A DNA stretch of 64,000 nt, taken from assembly GCF_001949145.1 (NCBI RefSeq), contig NW_019091356.1, positions 4,508,934 through 4,572,933 on the forward strand. Reading direction: 5' to 3'. Below, piece after piece: positions 48,273 to 60,700 of this stretch. The DNA comes from Acanthaster planci. Lineage: Eukaryota. Position numbers and translations under genes: made by a program. The notes below the pieces were generated by a model that worked only from the letters and a program-made list of their open reading frames with translations, was not told where the DNA came from and ran no database searches. Within the stretch, counting starts at the first letter, position 1. The number at the start of each line of letters is the position of its first letter.

Positions 48273-49526
48273 ATTGCCATCAACTTCGCGACTTAACTGA
48301 GCAAGGGGGAGGGGATTTATCTTACTGTTGCCGAAGTTGAACAAAGCTAGCTCTACTTTAAATTTTAAGGATTTACCCAAATTGATCAGTGCATTCCCTT
48401 CAGCAACCAATTAGCATTGTTTATTTGAACAACTTTTCCCCCAAGGACGCACAGATGAATAGTTAATTGTTTCACGGCATTCCTGAATAATGTAGGAATA
48501 CAAAGCTTAAATTACTTTTCTTGACTTACAAATTATTTTAATCACAGTATGCGAATAAATTCACACAGTGTGCTTAGTCCCTTTCAAGTTTGTTCCTTGC
48601 TGGCAACCGTTCCATTTTACATTAGTGGGCCAGTTCTATCAAGGACCACTTGTCAACTAGTGGTTGATTCGTGACGTGTCTAGCGCATGTGCAGTGAAGC
48701 TGAAGTGCGAACGACCTTAGTCAAGTGTTGTCAGGTCATTAAGGCCGTCAAAGCGAAGTTGACGTCACGAAAAATTTGCAGCAAAATTTCGCTCGAATTG
48801 AAAAGTATTCAAGTTTTGCGAATTCGTACGGCGAAGAAATGACATGACGTCACAAATTCGCGTTCGTTTTGGCTTTCACGTGAAGTGTGAACCCGACCTC
48901 GTTCATATGGGAACGATCTTGCCGCGCCATGTTGGTTCCCACCATGCCTTGCGCGAAGGAACGCGCACGCAGCCCATGAAGTCGAGGATGGTGTGAACCG
49001 GCCTTTAGGCCGGAGGGGAGAAATGGTGGCCGCAGGAAAGGCGTAGTAGCAAAAAATAAAAGTGACAATGGTCGCTTACTAGTGACATACTGGCATTTTT
49101 CTTATAACTGGTCCTCTCTTCAAAGTGCTATTAAAAACGGTTTATGGCAACAACGATGCGACCAACCTCGACAGGCTGATCGCGAATAGTTGAATAGGCT
49201 AGTCCAACCATCGTCGCGTAACGTGCGTTCGATCAGAGCACCTTCATGCTCAGAGTTAGTCCAACTATGGTTAACTAACTTGCCCTGTAGTGCTTCCCAT
49301 TTGGACAGAGGGTGAAACCACTGACCACATCCTCCAAATGAAAAGGAACGTGATGTACACGTTTGCTTTCAACGTGTACAAGTAGAATCCTCTATCACAT
49401 GTGTTTCATGGACTGTGTGCCCATCTCGTGCAGCTCTGCACACACGACACGGTCGAGTCACCGTATCGGCCCCTTTGAAGTACGTGTATATGTCGACATG
49501 TCACCCCAACTGTTTTGTTCGGCGCG

Positions 49527-49700
49527 CGCATTCGCCAATTTGATTGGCAAATGCGTCCCGTGAGGGGATTGCACCGTTGCCCCGACACTAATTTGTTTTG
49601 CGGGATCAGCTGTTGAGCGCCATGCAACGAGGGCGCCTCGTATGTATAAAAGTGGCCGGGCACCCCTTGTTTCTTCCCTTAAGCTTCTCGCGATCAGCTG
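49527..49700 (+). promoter_or_regulatory. Myostatin core promoter: paired inverted CCAAT boxes, E-boxes, TATA box
   Basis: GCCAAT-TTG-ATTGGC at 49534-49548, TATAAAA at 49645-49651 (about 150 nt before the ATG), and GATCAGCTGT (CAGCTG E-box) on both sides of the TATA box. Confidence 0.65.
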
Positions 49701-49796
49701 TCTAGCTCGCTCGTCCTAAGCTGCAGAGAGGAGTCTGATGAGACTTGGCGTGTTCAGCATCGCCTGATCAGAACCTGCGAGAAATCGCCCCGCAAA

Positions 49797-50489
49797 ATGA
49801 AGCACCTGCAAGTTGTACTACCCGTTGCCCTGATGCTGCAGTTTTTTTATCTGGCGTGTTTAGCAGTGCAGCTACCTAATTCAAAGTACGGTCAATACAA
49901 CCTGGCCGAGAATGGGAACACCGTCCGAGGCAAACCGATGAAGGGATCACCGGGGCAGTCCCGGCCAGGTCCACAAGAGGAGGAGGAGGACAGTGAATCG
50001 GAGGGCCCTGGGTCGGGACAGGCAACCATCACAGATTCTGGTGTCCTCAACAGAACTGCCTCTGCGGACGAGGACCACAGAGCTAGATGCGGCGCTTGCG
50101 AGATGCGAGAGCACCAGAAGGCCCTGCGCATCCAGTCCATTAAGGAACAGATTCTGAGGAAACTAAATCTCAAGTCGGTTCCGAACATCACCATGCCGAT
50201 TCCTAAGATACCACCTTTGCAGCAGCTTATGGGAGGGCAGGACCCAGACATGAGCGCTATGCAAGGGGATGCACCTGTCCATGGACAGTTCAGAATGGCC
50301 CACACGGACGAATACGACTCATCACCACACTACGGGGCCACCACCAAACGAATTTTCACATTCGCAAAGCCAAGTAAGTACATTTGCACGTTGCTGCCTC
50401 TCAATATGATCATGCTTTATGTGTAGGTAAAAATCTGGCATGAGATACAGACGCCCTCACACTGCAAGCAGCTTTAGTGGATACCTCAA

Positions 50490-50555
<66 letters not shown>

Positions 50556-53500
50556 CTGAACTGACAGCTTGCTTCTTTACAAATCAACCACAATTAGGGA
50601 CGGAGTTAGCAGAGGGAGGGCCGTTCTTTCACGTTCAATCCATTATATATATCTCTTGCATCTTGTTTATTTTGAGTTTTTGGTCATTTTTGGTCTCACC
50701 CATCTTGATCCATCACAAAAATGTTTCCTTCATGACTGATGGGCCTGGAGTTTAAGCAGCTACAGGCTTTCCCCACAGGAACATTGCCTTTTCCAACTGA
50801 GTCTTGTTTTGCCCAGGACCTCGATCGATGTGAAGTATTGTCTGGGGGAAAAGACAACACTCTACGCTTTGTTCAGAAACACCTTGTGTTGACGTGAGAA
50901 CGTAATTGGACTCAACCAGCCTCCCCTTCTATTAACCGCGCAATTACAAAAGTAAAATCTTTTTCATCCCCCTTCAAGTTTAAAACGAGAAGACAGGTTT
51001 GACAAGATAAGTTTACTTGGTACTTGTAGGAGCGAAGTCCTTACATTGCATGCTTAGTAATTTCTAAATTTGACAGAGGGGTTTCCCTGCGACATTCTGT
51101 GGTTTCCACCTTAATTTTACTACCCTGGATACGCCCGCCCCTGGGCAATGGACAGACGGCGTCAAATTATGTGGGTCGGTGGAGTACGCCATGTCCCTAG
51201 ATCACTCCATGTATGGCGACCTGGTCTTATTAAGGGAAAAAGCTTCCTCATTGGATTTCTAAAATAAGCCTGAGCAGGTCTCTAAAACACAGGCTGGCAG
51301 ACATTCGTTATTGGCACCGGGCAGATTGCCATTAGCTTGGCTGCCAAGAGATGAAACATGATACCAGAATTTTAAAGACTCTGTTGAGAAGACAAGGAGA
51401 GAGCATCCAGGGAGTATCACACGATAGCGAATGGGTTATCCTCTCTGTCATCAGTTTGGTTATGGCTCCTTTACTTACAGATCACAGTCGTGTTTAATTC
51501 GCTGTCCTAAATTGGCAACCACCCGCAGTTCTCCATTAAACCTTGTCATCACCACAAAAAGTTTTCCCGGTTTAAACAGTCACACCCCCACATTAATGTC
51601 GACTCGTTTGCGGGGTATGTCTGTCGCACATTTTGCCAGGTAATGCATTTCTGATGATTCCAGTACGGATTCCCCAATTGGCTGAAACTGGATTCAGGCG
51701 GTTACAAGTTGGAAACGACAGGTGTTGATGCCCGGGTAAGATACGGGACACACTTGTCTATGCTTGTGGAATTGACATCGATTACCTTGAGTTCTCCCAA
51801 AGAGCCGAAAGTTTAGCTACAGCTGACAATGTACGAATTTAATCAGCGAACCCATGATTTATTAGCAATCGAAAATGCTTGGATTTTTTTTCAGAAAGCT
51901 GTGGCGCATGTTTGGCGATTTCGTGGTAATTATTAGGATCCGTTGAAAATTGTTACCGACTACACTTGTTTATGAAGGAAGTTAGATCATGCACCGAGGA
52001 CTCGAAATGTACACACACAAACACTCACACAAACACGTTGGAATTGCATGAAAATGTCTATAAAAGCCTTGTTTCCCTGTTGGCTCGTTCATCCTTGACC
52101 CCAAATTGCTGATTCACACGTCCCGCTGATTCCCGCAGCGATTGTAACAATGATTATTCGAGCCTCAAATTAATGTTCGGGGAATCCAGGATTGATTTTA
52201 CATGCCCTATAATAAAAATACTGTATCTATGATGGTTAGAGTGGTTACATGTCCCCAATGCAGCTAGAAGGATCCAGGTACTAGAGTCATCATGTTCACG
52301 CTATTGTACGTTGATTGATCCAAAGTTAACCCAGGTATGTATTCACGCAAAAAATGACAAGATTTAAGGGTCAACAAAAGTCAGAAATGAAGGGAAGTGA
52401 AGTCGGTATTACAAAGGGTCTTTTTGTGGCGTCTTTCACATTGAGTTTTAAAATAAGCCGGAGTCTTCCTGATTCAATGCCCAGTTGCCCCGAAGAAAAC
52501 CGTCGAATCACCAGATGTGACTGGTTGATGAGATTGACAGACATCGAAATACGCCTCTCTGATTAGCTGGGATTTGGGGGTGGTCGTCTTACCTCAGTAA
52601 TAGGTAACCGTTTGAGAAAATCTAACTCTTCTTTCAATTCGGGAGAAGACTTAATTAACATCATCTGTGAAATTTTTACACTTTGTACCCTATGCCACGT
52701 TGCAAAGGTGATCTTTGCACAATCCGAACGTGAATCGTCACAGCTCAAGTTAGCTCAGAATGAAACATTTGAACTTAATCATTCCAACGTCAAAGTTTTC
52801 TTCTTGGTTGCAAAAGTATGACTTTGTGACACTCCAGTTGAAAGAAGTGGAATGTTGAAAAACATGGTGACTAAGCTAGGACTCGAAATCAATCGCGTGG
52901 GAGTCCCCACGGATGAACGTTAAAAGGTGATGCGTCATTTCATCCCCCTCCTTCCTGCGACGTTTTCTCCAAACGTGCCCGTGTCGAGTTGTGAAATGTC
53001 CCGCACTGTTTACTGGACACTCTCCCCACACTCAGAAACACCCAACACTGGAAGTGCAAACTCTGCGGATACAAGCCTTCCGAGTAATGACTTTTTTCTG
53101 TTTGTCGTTGTAACACGCCCCAGTAGTTACTGGTCGTCTTGGTGATTGAAATTCCCTAATTTTGACCTTTTTCGTGCTCACTACATTGAAATTTACCTTG
53201 AAGAATTATGATGTCGTTGACTTTTAGAATTTGAGTCATCTTTCTAGCCCCCTTAGATCAGCTGACATCTCACAGCCAAAACATCATGAGGAAATTACCA
53301 GTGAAAGTTAACTTGCGGCACCTGAATCCTTTTTCGAAGTGAAAATCGAATTTAGTTTTAAAAAATACGGACAACTTTGTGGAGGCATTTCGTCACACGA
53401 CAGTATGAAACCCAAGACAACCTATGTTACAGGGCAAAATAAATCTTCACAAGATCCTTCTTACTTCTTTGCCGCTAAGATGTTTCGGGTACGCATTGTT

Positions 53501-56500
53501 ATCGTCATTAATGTTAGATTTACTTCGCAAGAGACAGATTTACAAACGGATGTCCTCTACGATTCAAGTCTGCCGACTCTGAAGCACGACAACCCACAAG
53601 ATGGCTCATTTATTTCTTCCGTTCGTAACAGAGAACTCGGATCAAAAGAAATGAGGTCACAATTGACGCATTTGGCTGAGTGACTTTCAATCCGTACGAT
53701 GCTGTGTTGCTTCCTCATAGAGATTGGAATCTCCACCCAGACATAATGAACAAGCGAAGAAATAGAGCAGAGTCCATTTCTCAAGAATTTCTCCTCCTGT
53801 ACAGCAAAATCCAAAGTCCGATATCTTTCTGTAAACTGACTCATGACGTCACGGTGAAGAAAACAGTGTACATGAGACGAATCTGAATGATAAACCAAAT
53901 GAGCAAAACTGTAGTCTTGAGAGGTGACGCTATACAAGGACAATTCCGACTCTTGATGCGAACTGGAACTGGACCATGTCAACTTTTTTATCCTTTTGTT
54001 TCAAATAGTTTGCCAAGCCAAATACACCCCGATAAATTCCACCGTTGCCATACAGCGATTTGTGCACAATATGTGAAACAAAATGTGAAAGCGTATGACA
54101 ACGTAAATTATGATTTAAGGAACAAAACTCAACCAAAGCAATTTGTCCATGTTTGGTGAGTGTAAGAAAAATCACGAACAAGATGCTCGTCATTTGGATT
54201 TTTTTCCAATTTTGTGGGGATCCTTTAATCCAGTTCTCTTTGAATACCTCGTTTTTAAAATTGCAACGCTTAGGCCTATTCTATTCTTTAACCAAAAACT
54301 AAAGGTAACCAAGCATCAAAATCCGTTGAGATAACTATCGCTGATGGGGCCAAATGGAAATCTCGTAGCGAGAAACTACGTAGCTGAAAGAGAATCCAAA
54401 TTTTAATTTTCATCACACGTTCCGAAATGCACAAGCATAATACTTGTAGGAATATTCATGTCTAGTCTGCAACGGAAACCGGGAATGTGGTAGAGGGAGC
54501 CGTACGTGGGTATCCCTGGGTCATCAATAGATTCTTGGGAAGGCACCCCGAGGTCTTAATTCGTTCGCTGATTAATAACATCCGTCGCCTGGTGCAGAGC
54601 AAAGAAATAATAAAAAAAAAAACCGGGGGGAAAGAAAGGTCTTCGAGACATGCCGGCTACAGATGATGCGGTCAGCACGGAGGAATAATGTTTTCAGGGT
54701 CTTGTCATATTTGCATTATGCCCCCTATCAAGGAAACATCAGCCCACGCAGTCAGAAGAAAAAAAAATCAGCATTTGTTTTAATTAGTGAGATATAATAG
54801 ACAACCTTTTCGCCGTGTTAGTTTCACGACTTCAAACATCATACCTACCTGTTGAATAATTTTCTATATCTTACGATGCACAAAAAACGAAGGCGCAGTA
54901 TTATCAATGCTGAGGATTCAGAAATCTTTAAGATCTATTCAAAACTTCGATTAGTGGAACTGTTCATCACTCAGTTAACAAAGACGATAAAACGACAACG
55001 TTTTAGTTTGTTTTGTTTGCCTTCCACGTATCACAGCTTTAAAAAAAAGTGTGAATCACGACTACTTACTTGGCAGTCCGTCGTCTATTACATCCAACCC
55101 CATTACGGCTTACTCGTATGCATGTTCAGAAAGAGCCTGGAGGGATGCGCTACTTAGGAGTCTGTACTGATGGTAATTAGGAACGATTGATAATGTAGAT
55201 CGTCCTTCGGTTCGGGAAGGCCAATTCCGAGGTCGGTCTGTAATCATATGCCCAGAGTGCCGGGCAGCCGTGTTCTCTGTCTCTGATGACTGAAGTTAAT
55301 TTCAAAGATTGTTTGTCAGCTGATTGAGCCATGATACCCTCGGGTGCTTCCTCTTGCAAAGTGGAGATGGCGAGGGCTTCAAGTTGACCTTCCTGCAAGA
55401 GTTTCTCTTTCCTCGTTGCTTTGTACCAAGTCTAACGGTTAAAACCTTGGGAATTCGAATACCGTACCAAAAAACCGTGAGCAGCTATACAGAAGATAAT
55501 GAAGTGTTGACCCATTAAATGAGGGAAACTATCAACCTCTTCGAGCCTCCTTGAAGATGATTAATGACAGCGCATTTGCCATAACTGACAGGTGGAACCA
55601 TGGTGGAACATTCGTTCCGCCCTTGAAATGCGAAAGGACGGAGTATAGGTGAATGCTGGGAAATTTCAAGTTGACTCCGATATTGATAGAAATGGACAAA
55701 AATTGAGATTGTACACTTGTATTATGTGAAACACAACGGCTTAACAAGCAGAACTATTTGAATTGGTTTCCTTCTCAGTTGTGCGGGAGGCACCTTTGCC
55801 CTCATATGAAAAACAAAATGGCGGAAAAGGAGATCTTTACCACACTGGTTTTAAGGGTACAGTCCACTAATTCCAGCCCCATTGAAAACAGTGTAAAATC
55901 AGCACTGTTCATGGGCCCAATAACATCCACGCCAACATCCCTGAGATTTCTGAAACACAAATGAAATTCTTGTCTGGTCACTAATCTTTTAATTTCTTTT
56001 CAATTTTTTGTGGGTTAACCAATTACATTTTTAATTATTCCCACAAAACAAAATCACCCCCCAAAAAGTGATTTTTCCGAATTCTGATTGCGGCCATTTT
56101 TCAAGTGGCAACCCTCACCTTTCTCGGGCACTTAGGACCATTTTTCAACCGTAGTTTTTAGCCATTCTGCTCTCATATGAAAGCTCAAAGACCCAGGGAG
56201 TTGATCCTGGCAAGGGATTACACAATCTCACTATTTTGGGAGCCAAACAATCTCCTTTTTCAAAAGATACTAACGGAACACAAGACTGGCGGTCTCTTTG
56301 TGGAGGCGCACTGTGCGAAGTTTGATCTTGCAACCCAAGCTGCAACCGCAAAGTACTCGATACTCTTTACAGCTCTAGAGATATTTGCGGTTATGCGGTT
56401 TGTTACTAACTGCGGGGATGCCCCAAGAAGAGAGGCTAGTGATCAGCTCAACCGCAAATAAATTAGATTACTGATACATCCTCTTGACAGTTCTTTCATT

Positions 56501-58741
56501 TGAGTTTGACGACAAAACAGCTCGATCTGGGAAGCAACAAGAGATTCTGTCAGTCAGAGCATATAAGAATCGATCTACATTGTGAAACAATGAAATCTCC
56601 AAGAAAATTTGATAATATAGGCGTAATAACAATTGATTGCTCTTTGGTTCGATCCGTCGGCGTTGTGCCGATTTCGTTTGGTTGGAGGAAGAACAATGTT
56701 TGGAAAGAGTAACAGGGTCTTTCTTGGCGTAAACACGAACCTGGCGTAAACAAGTGAGATTAGAAATTGAAGGGAAAGAACACTTGCGATAGAGGATTTC
56801 AGATAGTTTCTAATGCTAGTACTTTGTATTATTGATCAATCAGTTACGCTGAGGGGAGTTTACATTGTCGTATTTGTTTTTTTAATCCTTTCAGTCCAAG
56901 CCTCTTTTGAGACTCAGGATTACTTTTGGATTACTCTCCCTGTCTGTTTCTTTAAGTTGCTTGATGCTCTACTTGACAAGTATTGTGAATACTGGCATAG
57001 TGCCTTACCTGACGTCTGTCAATCAGGATTAGCGTGTTTACTTGGTCCGTCCTCCGTTTATCATCAATAAACGTGTTAATAGGCATATTTGCTTTTAACG
57101 GTTGGTGGACCTCCTTACCCAGGGCAAACCTACAAAACCTTGATCAACAACACGTTGATAAGCCGATTGGGATAAGTTACCGGGTGAACCGCATCCTCCA
57201 AAGTCTGGGCCGCTTTCAGACGGAGTCATAAATCCGAATATAACTTTCCCTTCCAAGCATGTACACAACAGCAAGTAGTCTGCTGACTTGCGGCCATCAA
57301 CCGAACCTTATGATCCATTTCTCGATAAGGAGAAAAAAAAATCATGTAATGAAAGTTCCAGGTGAAGCATAGTGTTTCAGCTACGCATTTTGCGTGTATT
57401 AGGGAAAAAGAGGCCATGTATATAAAAACAGCTGTCTCGCACACCATAACTACCACTGAGCGAACAGATGTACCAGCTTGCTCGTTGGTAACAAGCAACT
57501 ACTGCAAATTGTCTTGATAAGACTTAGAGCACGATAAGAGACATAAGCAAGTCACTCTGCTTTTATTCCACCTGTACTTACTTGGTGCATGCTTACCATG
57601 AACATCGACGGCAACAGGATAAGTAGGTCTGATTAGAATCTAAGCACATTATTTTTGTTCCTTAAGCCTAAATCTGGGCTCCGCTAATGAGACCGATGAA
57701 TGGAAAGACTGCCACCGAGTTAAAAAAAAAATCGATATGATGATGCAGTGCTCGCAAGTTTGGTCATTGTTTTAATCAATCTGTTTCACGCTGGAGTTAC
57801 AATATTTATAATCGTATTCCTCATTGCTCTGATCGTTTCAGCACCTCCAGAATTGAATCTAGAAGATGCCTCGATATGCTTCTTCGATGTCCAGGGCAAG
57901 ACCGACGGCTACGTGGTCTCAAAGGCCACCCTTTACTTCTACATCCAACCGGCTAAAGTTCTTCAGACCACAGTGCACACGATGAGCGTGAGCCGTGTGG
58001 TCATGATGAAAGGCAGTCGGGGGCTGATCAAGCTGGATACGGTGAGGGAAGAGAAGATTGTTCTCAGCTCTCAGCACGGCGAATGGCAGAGCGTGGAGCT
58101 GACCGACGTTGTGACCGAGTGGATTGAGAACCCTGGAACAAACTCGGGGGTGAAGATCGAGCTGTACGATGATGGACGAAACTCCGTGGTTGTCACTGGA
58201 CTGACGGATGATGAAGAGACCAAGGTTGGTAGTTAATCAACACTCACGAGTTTCTGCATCTTCACAACGATGTTCCATAGTTTTTTTTTAATCCTTGAAA
58301 TACAATTCCCTGTGAATCACACTGAGGATTCAATTCGTCTTTCCTCTTTAGAAACCCTTCTTACAGTTGAGGCTACATGATGCCAGGAGACGACGAAGTC
58401 GGCGCGCTGCAGGCCTGATCTGCATGGAGAATCAGCCCACGGAGCGCTGCTGCCGTTATCCTCTTCGAGTGGTCTTCGCCGACTTTCAGTGGGACTGGAT
58501 TCTGATTCCGAAGGCCTACGAGGCGAATTACTGCTCTGGTCTGTGCCCAAGGATGCGTCTCCAGCAGTACACTCATACCAAGATCATGTCTATGGTCAAC
58601 CCTCCTCCCGACGGCTACATGGGCCCGTGCTGCTCTGCCAGCGACATGGCCCCACTTACAGTGCTCTACTTTGATGAAAACGCCGACATCAAGTACAGTC
58701 TATTAACCAATATGAAAGTTGAGTCCTGTAGCTGTGCATAA
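49797..58741 (+). CDS. MSTN: Myostatin/GDF11 (GDF8/11) TGF-beta family preproprotein, 449 aa
   Basis: Exons 49797-50373, 57842-58224, 58352-58741 (intron phases 1 and 0, 1350 nt). Signal peptide, prodomain CGACEMRE...RIQSIKEQILRKLNLKSVPNIT, furin site RRRRSRR, and a mature domain with 9 Cys (GLIC...RCCRYPL...WDWILIPKAYEANYCSGLCP...YTHT...GPCC...NMKVESCSCA) diagnostic of GDF8/11. Cannot be assigned to GDF8 versus GDF11. Confidence 0.93.
50496..50552. repeat. (AG)n microsatellite in myostatin intron 1
   Basis: About 28 perfect AG units. Confidence 0.98.
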
Positions 58742-60489
58742 ATGGGCAATGATTCTAAAGTGGGCACACTACATAGGCCTACATGGCTGGTTTGTTTCTA
58801 AAGCACGTGAAGTTCAATCCCTGGCAGTACTATCACAACGCGGATGGATATCAAATATCCAATGTGCCAAGCCGGCACTATTTTTTGTTGTTGTTGCAAA
58901 ACAGTACTGTGATCCAATAGATGTCTTTTGATGCAAAATGTTCGCATGTTTTGAAGCTACTGCCAACCTTGAATATCACAGATTTATCCATATTTAATGA
59001 TAAGGCAGACTAAAAGAGAAAACTGAACTGCAGTGCCGGAATACAGCACACGTAGTTTGTTGGTTTCAAAATAGCATGGTGTCTGCATCCCACCAATGTT
59101 CGTTTGCTGGTGCTAAACGAACACTAAAAGAAGTTCAGACATTGCTACCAGGGGGACATATTGATTCTCTGTTAAATAAAACGAACGAAACAACTTCCGA
59201 CAAAGTAGTTCCAACAAAGTACATGTGGTATCGTGCTCCTTTGGTTGATGATTTACATCAACAACTTCTTGGGACTTTGCCAAAAGATGGTCGCCTTGTC
59301 TTTGTGACAAAAAGCAAATTACAGCTTTGTTTATGCAAATTAATAAGATACATATGTAATTCTAGCTTTTAAACATCTGACTGGTATCCTGAAGGTTCTA
59401 GCGACGACATCGCACTCTATGAAATGTTACAAGAAGCACCATCTTTAGCTTACGCGTCAGGTAAACACGAAGGGGCACCTGGGTTAACAGTTTTGGCGAA
59501 ATATTTGTGGATGTTGTCAGCCATGTTCGTTAGCTGGTTCCAACGAACTCTAAAAGCAAGCAGGGTCAGCATAATAGAGCTATTCAAATCTATATTTTAT
59601 TATTTTTTTATTTGTTTTACGAGCAGGTTTGCAGGGTGTTGGTCTGTCGTTCATGACCTTTACAATAAATGCAAAATTGTGTGAATGGTAACAGTAATAT
59701 CTTGCTATAGTGCATGAAGGTAAATCCACCATTCACTTGTAATGTATGATTTAAAATTAAACTTAAAGTGCTTTCGCAAATTTGATAACAACTGAGGTAT
59801 TTTAAAGGCCATGATGTCTTGTAGTTCATTTAGAAGACTTTGACATTATATAAATGTAATGAACTAACAAGGTGGACAGGCCATTATAACATTCTTAAAC
59901 ATTGATTGGAAAGAATGCATTGTCTGCAAGACTTTCACTTGCTATCCAAATATTTAGAGTTTTTAAGTATGGGTATTCAACTGTAGCACTGCTTTCTGTT
60001 CATTTTCTTTTCAACTTTGTGGTTAAGGTCTTCGACGTAATGCAATCCCTAATCATGCATCTGCCAAATCTCCAAGTAATGCTCCAATTCATATATCGTA
60101 TTTAGACTGTGCCTAATGAATTGTCCGCATTGCTGTTGGTGGTTACCTAGAAGTGTGTGAATAAAGGGAATAATGCGTACACCCGAGCTATTTTAGTTCC
60201 AATCACCATGGACAAATGAAGATAATTGAGGTTCCCTCCTAATTTTTGACACTCTGGTAAATTTACAGTATTACAAAATACTGCGTGGTATCTCACACTG
60301 GTAGGAATTCTGAACGTTCCTGACACCTGCCGTTCAAAATATTGAAGAATCTGAATAAAATTTGTCAATTTTTTTTGTAATTAAGTCTGGTGTCCTTTAC
60401 AAGACAAGGGACTTGAAATGCACAGGTGGGTAGACGAGCTATCAACAACACAAACAGAATGAAACTAACGTTGCACTTGAATCGTGATT

Positions 60490-60700
60490 AACCGGGGGGG
60501 GAAAGGGGCCACGCCCCCTCTTAAAGCAAAACTAATTTTGACTCCAAAATGAGAAAGGCTATTTTTTGGTCTATCTTCCAAAGCGTGTGAAAAGCTCCAA
60601 AATGTAGCCTAAACCCTCAGAATGACCATAAAAGGTTACATAAAGCAATTCCAGATTTTTGCCCACGCCCCCAAAATGTGGCTTTAGGATCGCCCCTTGA
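60490..60700. mobile_element. Degenerate non-autonomous DNA-transposon fragment related to the one at about 41745-41930
   Basis: G/C homopolymer ends, a GGATCGCCCCT terminus, and a shared internal AAAGCGTGTGAAAA...GCAGCCT/GTAGCCT segment with 41838-41870. Confidence 0.35.
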
